Assembly: GCA_047284725.1 (NCBI GenBank)
Contig: JBJBEO010000001.1
Location: forward strand, 1,272,203-1,336,202
DNA: 64,000 nt
Reading direction: 5' to 3'
Source of the DNA: Synechococcus sp.
GTDB lineage: Bacteria; Cyanobacteriota; Cyanobacteriia; PCC-6307; Cyanobiaceae
How positions within the stretch are numbered: the stretch's first letter is position 1; every line of letters begins with the position of its first letter. A model generated the notes under the pieces. It was not told where the DNA came from and searched no databases. It saw nothing but the letters and a program-made list of their open reading frames with translations. The position numbers and the translations under genes were made by a program. This document shows, one piece after another, positions 20,659 through 30,090 of this stretch.

Positions 20659-23108
20659 CGCGACCCGAAACTCTGCTGAAGCCGATCGAAGCCTGGTTCC
20701 TCAGCAAAGGCTGGACGCCCCAGGACTTCCAACAACAGGCTTGGAAGGCCCACCTGGAAGGGGCATCGGGATTGATCCAAGTGCCGACTGGATCAGGGAA
20801 AACCTATGCCGCAGTGATGGCACCGATCGCTCGGATGTTGGCGGACAACACAGCCAGCTCAGGGGTGAAACTGCTCTATATCACGCCGCTGCGGGCCCTG
20901 AGCCGCGATTTAGCGCTCGCCCTGGAGGAGCCGATTAAGGCCATGGGCTGGCCATTGCGGGTGGGCATCCGCAACGGTGACACCTCCACCGGTGATCGCA
21001 ACAAACAGATCAAGACACCGCCTCAGATCCTGATCACCACACCCGAATCGCTGTGCGTGCTGCTGGCTGGTCGCCATGCCGAGCGACTGTTGTCCCAGCT
21101 CGACACGGTGATCCTGGATGAGTGGCATGAGCTGATCGGCAGCAAACGGGGCACACAAACGGAATTGGCCCTGAGTTGGTTGCGGATGGCCAATCCAGCA
21201 CTGCAGACCTGGGCGATCAGCGCCACGATCGGCAATCTGGATGCCGCAGCCCAGCATGTCCTCGGCGTTGGCGGCAAGCCGGTGATCGTCACCGGTGGGG
21301 CGCCCCGCTCCCTTGAGGTGTCCAGCATCCTTCCCGACAGCATCGACGGGTTTCCCTGGGGAGGACACCTCGGTCTTCGGCGTTACGAGGATCTGGTGGG
21401 ACAGCTGGTGCCCGGCATCAGCACCCTGCTGTTCACCAACACCCGCAACCAGGCAGAGCGGTGGTTTCAATGCCTGCGCTACGCCTGCCCGGAGATGGAA
21501 GGCTTGCTGGCGCTGCACCACAGCGCCCTGGATCGCCAGGAACGCGAAGCGATCGAAGCGAATGTCAAAGCAGGGGATCTGCGCTGGGTGGTCTGCACCA
21601 GTTCTTTGGATCTGGGGGTGGATTTCCAGCCCGTGGAGCGCGTCGTGCAGATCGGTTCACCCAAAAACCTTGCCCGCCTGCTGCAGCGCGCCGGGCGCTC
21701 AGCCCACTTGCCTGGCGGCACCTCCCAGGTGTTGTTCATGCCCACCAATGCTCTGGAACTGCTGGAGCTCAGTGCTGTACGCCGAGGCCTCAGTGCCGGA
21801 CTGGTGGAAGACCGGCACCCACCTTTGATGCCCCTGGATGTGTTGTTGCAGCACCTCACCACGCTGGCCTGTGGACCAGGCTTTGATCCCGAACAGACCC
21901 TCAAGGCTGTGCGCCAGACCGCCAGTTTTTCCGAACTCAAGGACAACCAGTGGCAGTGGTGCCTTCAGTTTCTGGAGCAAGGCGGCGAATGCCTGGGTGC
22001 CTACGAGCGCTACCGGAAACTGGAACGAGGCGACGACGGCCGTCTGGCGGTGAAGCAAACAGCGATTGCTCGCCTGCATCGCCTCAACATCGGCACGATC
22101 ACATCGGCCCCGGCGATCCGCGTGCGCTTTGTACGCGGTTCCGTGCTGGGCCACGTCGAGGAAAACTTCGTCAGCCAACTCAAACCCAACGACGTGTTCT
22201 TTTTTGCCGGACGGCAGCTGGAATTTGTTCGTCTGCGGGACATGACGGCTTACGTCAAAGCCACCACCAGAAAGAGCACCACCGTTCCGGCCTGGGCTGG
22301 TGGGCAGATGGCGCTTTCAGACCTGCTCACCCATCACCTGCGTGAGGAGGTGGCACGGGCTGGTCGCGGCGAACTGGACACACCAGAACTGCAGGCTCTC
22401 GAACCCTTGTTCGAACGCCAACAAGACCTCTCCACCCTGCCGCGTGCCGATCAGCTCCTGCTCGAGACCTGCCAGACCCGCGAAGGCAGTCATCTCTACG
22501 TGTATCCCTTTGAAGGGCGCTTCGTGCATGAAGGACTCGGCTTCCTGTTCGCCACCCGCCTGACACGCCTGGAACGGGGAACGATCACCGTTTCGGTGAA
22601 TGACTACGGGTTTGAACTGCTCGCCCCGCGCCAGTATCCATTCAGCAATCTGATCGAAGAGCACATTGACGAGCTGCTCAGCAGCGATCAACTGGAAAAA
22701 GACCTTGAACAGGCGCTCAACCTGTCTGAATTATGTAAACGTCGCTTCCGCAGCATTGCCCAGGTGGCGGGATTACTCGTACAAGGTTTTCCCGGGCAAA
22801 GTAAGAGCACGGGTCAATTGCAGATCAGCGGCTCACTCCTCTTCGACGTGTTCAGCCGTCATGAACCCAACAATCTTCTGCTTCAACAGGCAAGAGATGA
22901 AGTGCTCAACGAACAGCTGGAGCTTCCGAGGCTGAAAACAGCTTTGGAGCGGATGGCCCGCGGCGAAGTGATGCATTGCCCAACACCCAGGCCAGGCCCA
23001 ATGGCATTCCCCCTACTGGTGGAACGGCTCAACAACCGCATGAGCAATGAATCTGTACTGGAGCGGATTCAGAGAATGCAACGCGAAGCACTCAACAAAG
23101 AAATCTGA
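20655..23108 (+). CDS. lhr: Ligase-associated DEXH-box helicase (Lhr-core)
   Basis: PTGSGKT, YITPLRAL, DEWHE, SAT, TSSLDLGVD, QRAGRSAH. Confidence 0.94.
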   Translation: MTRPETLLKPIEAWFLSKGWTPQDFQQQAWKAHLEGASGLIQVPTGSGKTYAAVMAPIARMLADNTASSGVKLLYITPLRALSRDLALALEEPIKAMGWPLRVGIRNGDTSTGDRNKQIKTPPQILITTPESLCVLLAGRHAERLLSQLDTVILDEWHELIGSKRGTQTELALSWLRMANPALQTWAISATIGNLDAAAQHVLGVGGKPVIVTGGAPRSLEVSSILPDSIDGFPWGGHLGLRRYEDLVGQLVPGISTLLFTNTRNQAERWFQCLRYACPEMEGLLALHHSALDRQEREAIEANVKAGDLRWVVCTSSLDLGVDFQPVERVVQIGSPKNLARLLQRAGRSAHLPGGTSQVLFMPTNALELLELSAVRRGLSAGLVEDRHPPLMPLDVLLQHLTTLACGPGFDPEQTLKAVRQTASFSELKDNQWQWCLQFLEQGGECLGAYERYRKLERGDDGRLAVKQTAIARLHRLNIGTITSAPAIRVRFVRGSVLGHVEENFVSQLKPNDVFFFAGRQLEFVRLRDMTAYVKATTRKSTTVPAWAGGQMALSDLLTHHLREEVARAGRGELDTPELQALEPLFERQQDLSTLPRADQLLLETCQTREGSHLYVYPFEGRFVHEGLGFLFATRLTRLERGTITVSVNDYGFELLAPRQYPFSNLIEEHIDELLSSDQLEKDLEQALNLSELCKRRFRSIAQVAGLLVQGFPGQSKSTGQLQISGSLLFDVFSRHEPNNLLLQQARDEVLNEQLELPRLKTALERMARGEVMHCPTPRPGPMAFPLLVERLNNRMSNESVLERIQRMQREALNKEI

Positions 23109-23399
23109 TTGCGAATCTCGCCATACCTCTAAGCTGCATTCTTGCTAACACAAAAGACTTCGGCTTAAAAGCCAAACGAGAGACTCAACGGCAAGCAGGT
23201 CTTCATCAGGTCAAATGTATCTGATCAGCGCCCCACATCGCCAATCCGCCCAACGTTTCATGGGAGGCTTGCGAGCCAAATGGGTTCCGCAATCAACGCG
23301 CATCTGTCGTTTTTCTGTGAGTCTGATGAGAACCTCGAATCATCAACTCAAGGCGATGAGATTGAGTTAGGCTTTGGAAATCGCATGCATTGATGACAA

Positions 23400-23975
23400 T
23401 TGTTAGGAATAAAAAACTCTATTCTTTTCGCTTTGACGGCCTTCCTGGGAACCTTGATGGCCTGCAGCAACCAAAGACAGGCAGAATACCCGCAAAGATT
23501 ATGCCCACCAGTCAAAAGTGAGCCCTGCAGAGTGCTTAGCGCATCGGTGCTTGAGGGGACTTGGGTGATGGCCTCATACGAGCTCACACCAGGAATGACT
23601 CCAAAAAGTGATCACTGGTTTGCAGAGATGCAAGCCTTCGCCTTTGCAAAAGATGGACATTTCAAACATCTCATCTTGCTGGGCGATTACAACACAAAAG
23701 ATCTTCTAGAGACAATCTCTCGTCCATCTCCTCGTCATCAGACCTACGAGTTCAAGAACGGCTATCTCTGGATCAAGCATCCAGAAAGGAAGCCGGCGCC
23801 TTACTACGTCTTGGAGTTCCAACAAGATCGCCCTCAAGCCAACGTCAAAAAAGGCGATATCGCCATATGGAGCATTCTGTCAGAATCAATACCAGAAAGC
23901 AGGCCTAACAAAATCTCATTACTCCCAGAGTCAATGATATCGCTATATGTAAAATTACTGAAAAAAGCGAGCTAA
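23400..23975 (+). CDS. Hypothetical lipoprotein in an AT-richer islet
   Basis: 191-aa ORF with lipobox-like LMA-C and lipocalin-like LEGTW; atypical codon usage. Confidence 0.65.
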   Translation: MLGIKNSILFALTAFLGTLMACSNQRQAEYPQRLCPPVKSEPCRVLSASVLEGTWVMASYELTPGMTPKSDHWFAEMQAFAFAKDGHFKHLILLGDYNTKDLLETISRPSPRHQTYEFKNGYLWIKHPERKPAPYYVLEFQQDRPQANVKKGDIAIWSILSESIPESRPNKISLLPESMISLYVKLLKKAS

Positions 23976-24178
23976 CGAATTTGCCTTCCCATCAAACAGC
24001 AAACTAATCGCTAACTATCTTCGAATCAACGCAAACATGGCACCCCTAAACCCGAACATGTATCATTAATTGACAATAGATTTTCGCAGATTTGCTAACC
24101 TTTTGTGGATAAACTAATCAAGCATTAGGCCGCAAATTACAACAATAAAAGCACGGCTTCGACGACAGAGCCAATCGA

Positions 24179-24511
24179 TCAATTTGTATAAATTGAAAAG
24201 ATCGCTCGACCGTAGCGATCATCTGTCAAACTGTAAACATCTTCTCCTCCCTCTTGCTTCATGTCATAGGTCTTACCTTGATCGCTGCTTAGAAACTTAA
24301 ACATCCACTCATTGCTCATAAAAATAACCTTATTGCCAGTGTCGACGCCCAATGTGTAGGTATCACAAAGTCCTTCTTGGTCAGGCTTATCACTTTCCCA
24401 TGTAATTCGACATGGAGTGCCAACCTCTGGTTCGGCATGAACTCGCTGATGGTCGGCGAGAAGGCCGAAGGAGAGTCCAAGCAAGGAAGCGATGGCGAAG
24501 GCTTGTTTCAT
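24179..24511 (-). CDS. Hypothetical secreted protein
   Basis: Signal peptide MKQAFAIASLLGLSFGLL...VHA followed by a two-Cys domain. Confidence 0.7.
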   Translation of the reverse strand: MKQAFAIASLLGLSFGLLADHQRVHAEPEVGTPCRITWESDKPDQEGLCDTYTLGVDTGNKVIFMSNEWMFKFLSSDQGKTYDMKQEGGEDVYSLTDDRYGRAIFSIYTN

Positions 24512-24781
24512 GGGATCTGACCCTTTCCTCTGCAATCGTATTCATTCCTGACCCATCTGTCAGAGGGATAAGTCGTTTCATCAGTCCTCAGATTCCTCCC
24601 GCAGAAGACACGTGCATCGACACCCAATCCTCCGAACACCCTCAGCCATGACTGCAGCCATGGCTCCCAGCGCGAATGCCATGAACCGCCAAGGTATTGC
24701 CAGGCTGGTGCTGACGGACTGACCGGCATGCAAGGCAGACCAGTGGCCACGATCGGCGACCCAGCTCCCTTCTCACCAACC

Positions 24782-25345
24782 ATGCATCTGTTTCTGGTGG
24801 TCCTCGGTGGGCGGACACCCCACAGTCACGTTGAACTGCACGATGTGCGTTGGGTCGTGGGGACGTCAATCGACGACACCATCCCTGAACTCAAACGCCA
24901 ATGGTTCGGCAGCCGCAAGGGACTCCACCTCGACAGCTATGTGGAAGTGCGGGGCGTGGATGGCTACTCCATTCGGCTGCACCGCACACCCAAACCAAAC
25001 TCTCCTCTTTCCTTCTCTTCAACGTCAGCGACCTCAACCGTCCACCAACGCCTGTGGTTCGTCAACATGGGCGCCTACGCAGCCAGCAGCCTGCTCGAAT
25101 TGCACCAATGTGGATGTGTGGTGGCACCCAACCCCCAGGCTGCCAAGCGCCTGGCTCGCCAACGTTTTTTGAAAGGAGGGCTGCAGCAGCACAAGGACGA
25201 TCTGCACGCCTTGGATGCAGTGGGAGGCGTCGACGACTGCTTACCGATTGAAGAGCTCCAGGGTTGGAGGGTTCATCTGGTTCACGATCCCGACGTCCCC
25301 TCCTGCACATTCATTCCTGATTGGGTTGGGTACCGGCCGATTTGA
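24782..25345 (+). CDS. DUF1543 domain protein
   Basis: LFLVVLGG...ELHDVRWVVG...W.G...GLHLDSY; second repeat LWFVNMGAY...HKDD. Confidence 0.85.
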   Translation: MHLFLVVLGGRTPHSHVELHDVRWVVGTSIDDTIPELKRQWFGSRKGLHLDSYVEVRGVDGYSIRLHRTPKPNSPLSFSSTSATSTVHQRLWFVNMGAYAASSLLELHQCGCVVAPNPQAAKRLARQRFLKGGLQQHKDDLHALDAVGGVDDCLPIEELQGWRVHLVHDPDVPSCTFIPDWVGYRPI

Positions 25346-26025
25346 TCGGTCCATAGACCTAAACGATCCTCAGAGCCATACCAACTGCGGCCAAACAATC
25401 CACCATGGGCGGTGTCAGGCAGGATCAGATGTCGGGCATTGGCCAACAAGGCAGAGCTCACCGGCACCAACCCATCCCCTTCCACGCCATCGGTACCGGC
25501 AATGCTTCGGTAACTGCCGGCGGCACTGCGTTTGCTGAAGACGCTGGCGTTGGCGGAGCCCAGGTCAAGGGTGCCTGCAATCGAGAGGTAATCGACGTCA
25601 GAACACGGTGTGCCTGGGAACTTCCTGTCCACCATCAGGCGCAGTGGCGTGCCACGTTGAGCCTGATGGGGGCTGCCCAGTGTGATCAGCTGATTGCAAT
25701 GGCTGGCTCCGCCATAGGTACGGCCTGAAAACGGCTCATCGCTGAGGTAAAGCCGAAGCATCACTCCGCCTGAGCTGTGGCCGATCAGGGTCACCTGTCC
25801 TGTCGGCGACTGACGGGCCAAGGTACCGACATGGTGGTGGACCCGATCGAGCAAACGCCTCCAGCCGATGGCCCAGCTCGTGAGCATCCAATCAAAACGG
25901 CTGGCAGGAACAACCCGAACTTCGGCGCCAAGACGTGATTCAATCCAAGAGGCCATTGGCGCATAGGCCTCGTCTGTGATCAGAAAGCCACCAAGAATCA
26001 CCACAGGTTGAGCGGCTGCCGCCAT
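25282..26025 (-). CDS. Alpha/beta hydrolase (lipase/esterase-like)
   Basis: PVVILGGFL, GHSSGG nucleophile elbow, TLGSPH, DGLVP; the ORF-track upstream extension overlaps the DUF427 gene. Confidence 0.88.
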   Translation of the reverse strand: MAAAAQPVVILGGFLITDEAYAPMASWIESRLGAEVRVVPASRFDWMLTSWAIGWRRLLDRVHHHVGTLARQSPTGQVTLIGHSSGGVMLRLYLSDEPFSGRTYGGASHCNQLITLGSPHQAQRGTPLRLMVDRKFPGTPCSDVDYLSIAGTLDLGSANASVFSKRSAAGSYRSIAGTDGVEGDGLVPVSSALLANARHLILPDTAHGGLFGRSWYGSEDRLGLWTDQIGRYPTQSGMNVQEGTSGS

Positions 26026-26079
26026 CGCCATCACAAGACCATCAATCCAGCCATCATCGGAGCCCGTAGCGACCTCTCG

Positions 26080-26559
26080 ATGACACCGGAACGTGTTTGT
26101 GACTACCCACGTCCCCCCCTCGTGGAGCAGCGCCATGGACCGGTGCTGGTGACGCTCGGTGGTGACCTGATTGCCCAAAGCGACACCTACGTTCGGGTGT
26201 GTGAGACGTACCACCCTCCAACGATCTACATTCCGATTGAGGCCTTTCAATCGGGGACTCTCCACCCGACCACCGGACGCCCCAGTTTTTGTGAATGGAA
26301 AGGGATCGCCCGATACTGGAATCTTTCCAATCGCGATGGGGAGCACCGCCAGGAACGTGCAGCCTGGAGCTATCCCACACCCACGGATCGCTTCAAGCTG
26401 CTGGCGGGATGGATCAGCCTCTACCCCGGACTGATGCAGTCCTGCCATTTAGAGGGTGAATTGGTCAGCCCCCAGCCGGGCCGTTTCTACGGTGGATGGA
26501 TCACCTCGGCGGTGATTGGGCCGTTCAAGGGGGATCCCCTTCACCCCGAATTGATCTGA
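26080..26559 (+). CDS. DUF427 domain protein
   Basis: DYPRPP, ETYHPPTIYIP, SFCEWKG.ARY, AAWSY, FYGGWIT, GPFKG. Confidence 0.92.
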   Translation: MTPERVCDYPRPPLVEQRHGPVLVTLGGDLIAQSDTYVRVCETYHPPTIYIPIEAFQSGTLHPTTGRPSFCEWKGIARYWNLSNRDGEHRQERAAWSYPTPTDRFKLLAGWISLYPGLMQSCHLEGELVSPQPGRFYGGWITSAVIGPFKGDPLHPELI

Positions 26560-26593
26560 GACCAGAACCAACGACAGGTTGGTCCAATCAGGA

Positions 26594-26623
26594 AGGCCGC
26601 CTTCCCGGGTGGGAAGACGGCCT
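26594..26623. terminator. GC-rich hairpin, probable terminator of the DUF427 gene and/or a minus-strand transcript
   Basis: AGGCCGCCTTCCC-gggt-GGGAAGACGGCCT near-perfect inverted repeat. Confidence 0.6.
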
Positions 26624-27033
26624 AGCTCGCTCGTTCGCGCATGGTTCAACCCCGTCACGTCTTGGGAAAGAAGGAAAGGGGCGAAGCGTTCTGGCGTTGG
26701 CAACCCTGGGGCCATGACGTCCAGGTGTAGTGCTGATGAAGCTCCGGGGCACCTTGTCTGCATGAGCAGCGTTGGGCGGTGCAGTGGAGTGTCGATTCGC
26801 GTGGCGCACCGGATCAGTGCCTGCGAAAGGACCAGCTCTACGGATGAGTGGAAACTGTTGGAGCAGGGGCCAGAAGTCAGTCTGCTTCTTAGGTTTGCTC
26901 AGGTGGAGTGTCGGCTGTCATCAGCGCCTCCGATCTCGATGCACCTACTTTGCGCTGGCTGGGCGGGGTTGCCTATCCGTGTAAAGGCGCATTGCCTTTG
27001 GGTGTCGGCCATCAGATAGTGAAAACTTGTGCA

Positions 27034-27477
27034 ATGCCAACTGTGCAACCTGGCACTGAAGTCGCCGTTGCCATGCTTCACCGCGACAACCTCTGGCTTC
27101 TTCAACTTCGCGACGATGTCGAGGGGATCATCGCGCCAGGGTGCTGGGGACTGTTCGGAGGCCATCTCGAAGCTCACGAAACACCGGAACAAGGACTGCG
27201 GCGTGAACTGAGGGAAGAGATCACGCTTGAAGCAGCAGACCTGAAGCCACTATTGACGTGGCGCCATGACCATCGGCTGCTCCACGTGTTCATCGGACCT
27301 TTGTCGGTCCCCATCGAGCACCTTCAACTACGGGAAGGTCAAGACCTCACGCTTGCGGGGCTTGAACAGATCCGGCAAGGGGTCGTGAAGAGCCAACGTC
27401 TGCAACAGGTCAGACCACTGGCGGGATGCCTACAGCACGTCGTTGAGCAGTGGCAGAGCGGTGCAATCACCCTCTGA
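27034..27477 (+). CDS. NUDIX hydrolase
   Basis: Nudix box GGHLEAHETPEQGLRRELREE; LLQLRDD. Confidence 0.9.
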   Translation: MPTVQPGTEVAVAMLHRDNLWLLQLRDDVEGIIAPGCWGLFGGHLEAHETPEQGLRRELREEITLEAADLKPLLTWRHDHRLLHVFIGPLSVPIEHLQLREGQDLTLAGLEQIRQGVVKSQRLQQVRPLAGCLQHVVEQWQSGAITL

Positions 27478-27506
27478 AAAGCGACGTCATGCGCTCTGTG
27501 ACCAGA

Positions 27507-27716
27507 TCAGAGCAACGGCAACAGGATCACGACAAGCATCGCCACCAACAGCCAGACCCACCAAGGAACAATGAAACGTCCCTGACGCTTCACCGCAGGG
27601 TTCCGCTGGGGGGGAGCCCCCTGAGGTGCACCACAACGGGTGCAAAACAGTCGCCCTGCCAATGAACGATCAGCCCGCCAAGATCGTGATCCACACTGGC
27701 GACAGACCGATGACAT
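27507..27716 (-). CDS. Small zinc-ribbon protein with C-terminal membrane anchor
   Basis: CRQCG...RADRSLAGRLFCTRCG followed by a hydrophobic tail. Confidence 0.8.
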   Translation of the reverse strand: MSSVCRQCGSRSWRADRSLAGRLFCTRCGAPQGAPPQRNPAVKRQGRFIVPWWVWLLVAMLVVILLPLL

Positions 27717-27729
27717 CAAGGCAAGTTCA

Positions 27730-28527
27730 GTGAGCGAACGTTCTGCATCTTGGCTTGACCTCAAGGCCGTTGAAGCCTGGATCAGCTCCAAGTGCATCTT
27801 CCACGATCTCACCCTACGGTTGAACAAGGGTCAGCACACCGCCGTCCTTGGCCCCAACGGCTCCGGTAAGAGCACCTTGGTGCGGCTGATCGATCGCAGT
27901 CTTCACCCGGTGGTGAAACAGGGGTCGTCCCTTCACCTCTTCGGCAGCGAGAGACCACGCCAGTGGGAGCTGCGAAGAAAGATCGGACTGGTTTCAGCAG
28001 AGCTTGAACAGAGAGTTCCTCGTCAGATCTGCTGCAGAGACCTTGTGCTCTCAGCGTTTTTCGGATCCATTGGTCTGCGCGTCGATCAGATTCCAACCAA
28101 GCGGCAATCCGCCAGGGTCGATTATCTGCTTCCAGAACTGGAGCTCAACACCCTTGCCCATGAGCCGTTCGGTCACCTCTCTGATGGCCAGAAACGTCGG
28201 GTGCTGATTGCACGGGCATTGGCTCATCAACCGGACGTGCTGGTGCTCGACGAACCGACCAATGCCCTTGATCTCAAGGCCAAGCACGACCTGCTCAGGG
28301 TGCTTCGTCGACTCTGCTGCAGCGGGACAACCTTGGTGATGATCACGCATCAGGTGGAAACACTGATCCCTGAGATCGAACGAGTGATCTGCCTGAAGCA
28401 GGGAAGCGTCATCGCCGATGGGGATCGGAATTCCATCCTCAGCGGGCCCCAACTCTCCGCCCTGTTTGATACCCCACTGCAGGTGATCGAGTCAGCCGGC
28501 TATCGCCAGGTGATGCCCCTGTCATAA
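27730..28527 (+). CDS. ABC transporter ATP-binding protein (ModF-like)
   Basis: GPNGSGKST, LSDGQKRR, LVLDEP, ITH. Confidence 0.92.
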   Translation: MSERSASWLDLKAVEAWISSKCIFHDLTLRLNKGQHTAVLGPNGSGKSTLVRLIDRSLHPVVKQGSSLHLFGSERPRQWELRRKIGLVSAELEQRVPRQICCRDLVLSAFFGSIGLRVDQIPTKRQSARVDYLLPELELNTLAHEPFGHLSDGQKRRVLIARALAHQPDVLVLDEPTNALDLKAKHDLLRVLRRLCCSGTTLVMITHQVETLIPEIERVICLKQGSVIADGDRNSILSGPQLSALFDTPLQVIESAGYRQVMPLS

Positions 28528-28540
28528 CCTCCCCAAATCA

Positions 28541-28750
28541 GTGATCAGATCCATGAACAGCAACGCGAGCATTGATGCCCTGGAACTGATGCTCACTGAC
28601 CTGCGCACACGCAACGAACCGATTCGACACAAAGCGGCATTCCGTGGATGCCAACCTGAATTTCAGGCACTGGTGAGCCGTTTGATTGAACAATTGGAAA
28701 CGGAACTGATCGAAGCGAAACAGCGCGATCGTCTCGAGAAGCGCGGCTGA
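28541..28750 (+). CDS. Small conserved hypothetical protein
   Basis: 69-aa helical ORF (LRTRNEPIRHKAAFRGCQPEFQALV). Confidence 0.75.
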   Translation: MIRSMNSNASIDALELMLTDLRTRNEPIRHKAAFRGCQPEFQALVSRLIEQLETELIEAKQRDRLEKRG

Positions 28751-28760
28751 AGACCTTGGG

Positions 28761-29000
28761 TCAACCCGGCAGCCTTTTCTCGCCGGGATCTTCAGCAGCC
28801 TGCTGGTATGAAGCTGGAGCGAGCACCAGAAAGACCCACCACCAAACCAGGACAGCAATCACTGCTGCAGCCGTGATCGAGACCCTGTGAAACAGAAGCC
28901 AGCTGGTGATCGGTAACACCAATCCCGTCAGAAGAATTGACCAGGGTTGACACCACCAGGGCTTCGTTTGCCAAAGGCTTTGCGTTTCAGGCGAAGACAT
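28761..29000 (-). CDS. Small membrane protein (DUF6737-like)
   Basis: W..KPWWCQPWSILLTG motif; two TM helices. Confidence 0.82.
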   Translation of the reverse strand: MSSPETQSLWQTKPWWCQPWSILLTGLVLPITSWLLFHRVSITAAAVIAVLVWWWVFLVLAPASYQQAAEDPGEKRLPG

Positions 29001-29001
29001 C

Positions 29002-29634
29002 TCAGCGAAGATGATTCAAACCGCCTTCGGCGTGAGCCTTGGCGAGAGCGTCATAGCCACCGAGCAGGCTCCCATCGACGAACACCTGCGGGAACGTTGT
29101 CAACCCACTGCGGGATTGAACCGCATGGAACGTCTCATCGGAATCAACCGTGACAACAGTGTGGGCAATCTCGAGGCTGCGGAGAAGGCGGAGAGCCCGC
29201 GTGCACCAGGGGCAACCGGGCAGAACAGCGATTTCAACGCGATCGACTGGCGCCGAAACAAGCGTTTCCGCAGCCGGCTCAAGGGGGGTCGGAACCTGAG
29301 GCAGTGGCTGGTCGAGCAGAGCGACGAGCAGATCGGCTCCTTTGAGCACGATTGTGCCTGGCTCAAGGTGACCACCCCAGACCTGGCAGGCGCCATCTGA
29401 GAGGCTCAAATGCAGATGGGCACCCTCCGGAGAAAAGTGACCCTGGAGGGTAATGATCTCCAGATCCCCTTCGAGCACGTTGGGGGCTGGCTGTCCAGGG
29501 CACTGAAACGACGCTCTAGAGAGATTGCCGACAACGCTCAGGACGTACCCCGACACCTGGTGAGATCGGGCAAGTGTTTCGAGAGAGAGTCGCAGATCCT
29601 GGCCGGGAGCAAGCTTCAACGCCAGTGATCGCAT
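29002..29634 (-). CDS. PCC (DUF296) domain-glutaredoxin fusion protein
   Basis: LEIITLQG...HLHLSLSD...GGHL (PCC) plus CPWC...TFPQVFVDG..LGGYD (Grx). Confidence 0.88.
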   Translation of the reverse strand: MRSLALKLAPGQDLRLSLETLARSHQVSGYVLSVVGNLSRASFQCPGQPAPNVLEGDLEIITLQGHFSPEGAHLHLSLSDGACQVWGGHLEPGTIVLKGADLLVALLDQPLPQVPTPLEPAAETLVSAPVDRVEIAVLPGCPWCTRALRLLRSLEIAHTVVTVDSDETFHAVQSRSGLTTFPQVFVDGSLLGGYDALAKAHAEGGLNHLR

Positions 29635-29732
29635 CAGAACTCCCTAAATCGGGCAACAGGTTACCGCCTAGCTGCGCCGGGCCAAAACCGTGGAGACAAA
29701 ATAGGCTTTGGCCACCAATCAGTAACGTCAAC

Positions 29733-29969
29733 GTGTCGATTTTGCGCTCCATTCTGCAAGAGCTTCAAGAGCGACTTGACGCAGATCAGCCCGCACCGTC
29801 AGCTGCGGAGGTAGCTGAAGCTGCCGAATCAGACCGGCTCAATGTGACCCTGCCCGGTGGCGTGATGGGTCGACTGAAACAACAGGCTCTCCAGGAAGGG
29901 CGCAGCTGCAGCAGCCTGGCGTCATTTTTGATCGAGGATGGCCTTCGTCGTCACCAAAGCCTGCAGTGA
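29733..29969 (+). CDS. Ribbon-helix-helix (CopG-like) domain protein
   Basis: RLNVTLP.GVMGRLKQQALQEGRSCSSLASFLIEDGL. Confidence 0.75.
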   Translation: MSILRSILQELQERLDADQPAPSAAEVAEAAESDRLNVTLPGGVMGRLKQQALQEGRSCSSLASFLIEDGLRRHQSLQ

Positions 29970-30009
29970 TCCATCGAGCATCGGGAGCCACAGGATCGCC
30001 AGCCTTGGC

Positions 30010-30090
30010 TCAGGCCTGATCAAGCCGACGCACAATCACACCCATGGCGACAAGGGATCCAGCCAGAGCAATGAGCAATGCCAGGGTCAT
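30010..30090 (-). CDS. Putative 26-aa single-TM small protein
   Basis: Manual translation MTLALLIALAGSLVAMGVIVRRLDQA*; alternative in-frame ATG at 30105. Confidence 0.5.
   Translation of the reverse strand: MTLALLIALAGSLVAMGVIVRRLDQA

Noticed and set aside
17971..23108. Novel anti-phage defence system (nuclease + helicase + ligase)
   Set aside because: Matches the already described ligase-associated Lhr-core repair cluster and is not in a defence-island context; a defence role is unsupported from sequence alone
24590..24725. Minus-strand frame RFMAFALGAMAAVMAEG, reminiscent of a transporter C-terminal helix (possible gene remnant)
   Set aside because: Too short and lacking a convincing start; similarity cannot be supported without a search
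25282..26448. 388-aa extended alpha/beta hydrolase ORF
   Set aside because: The N-terminal 140 aa are antisense to the well-supported DUF427 gene; the true start is near 26025
26580..26700. SRP RNA or glutamine riboswitch assignment
   Set aside because: Lacks the SRP CAGG-CCGGAAGG-AGCAGC core and the glnA/downstream-peptide consensus; kept only as an unassigned ncRNA candidate
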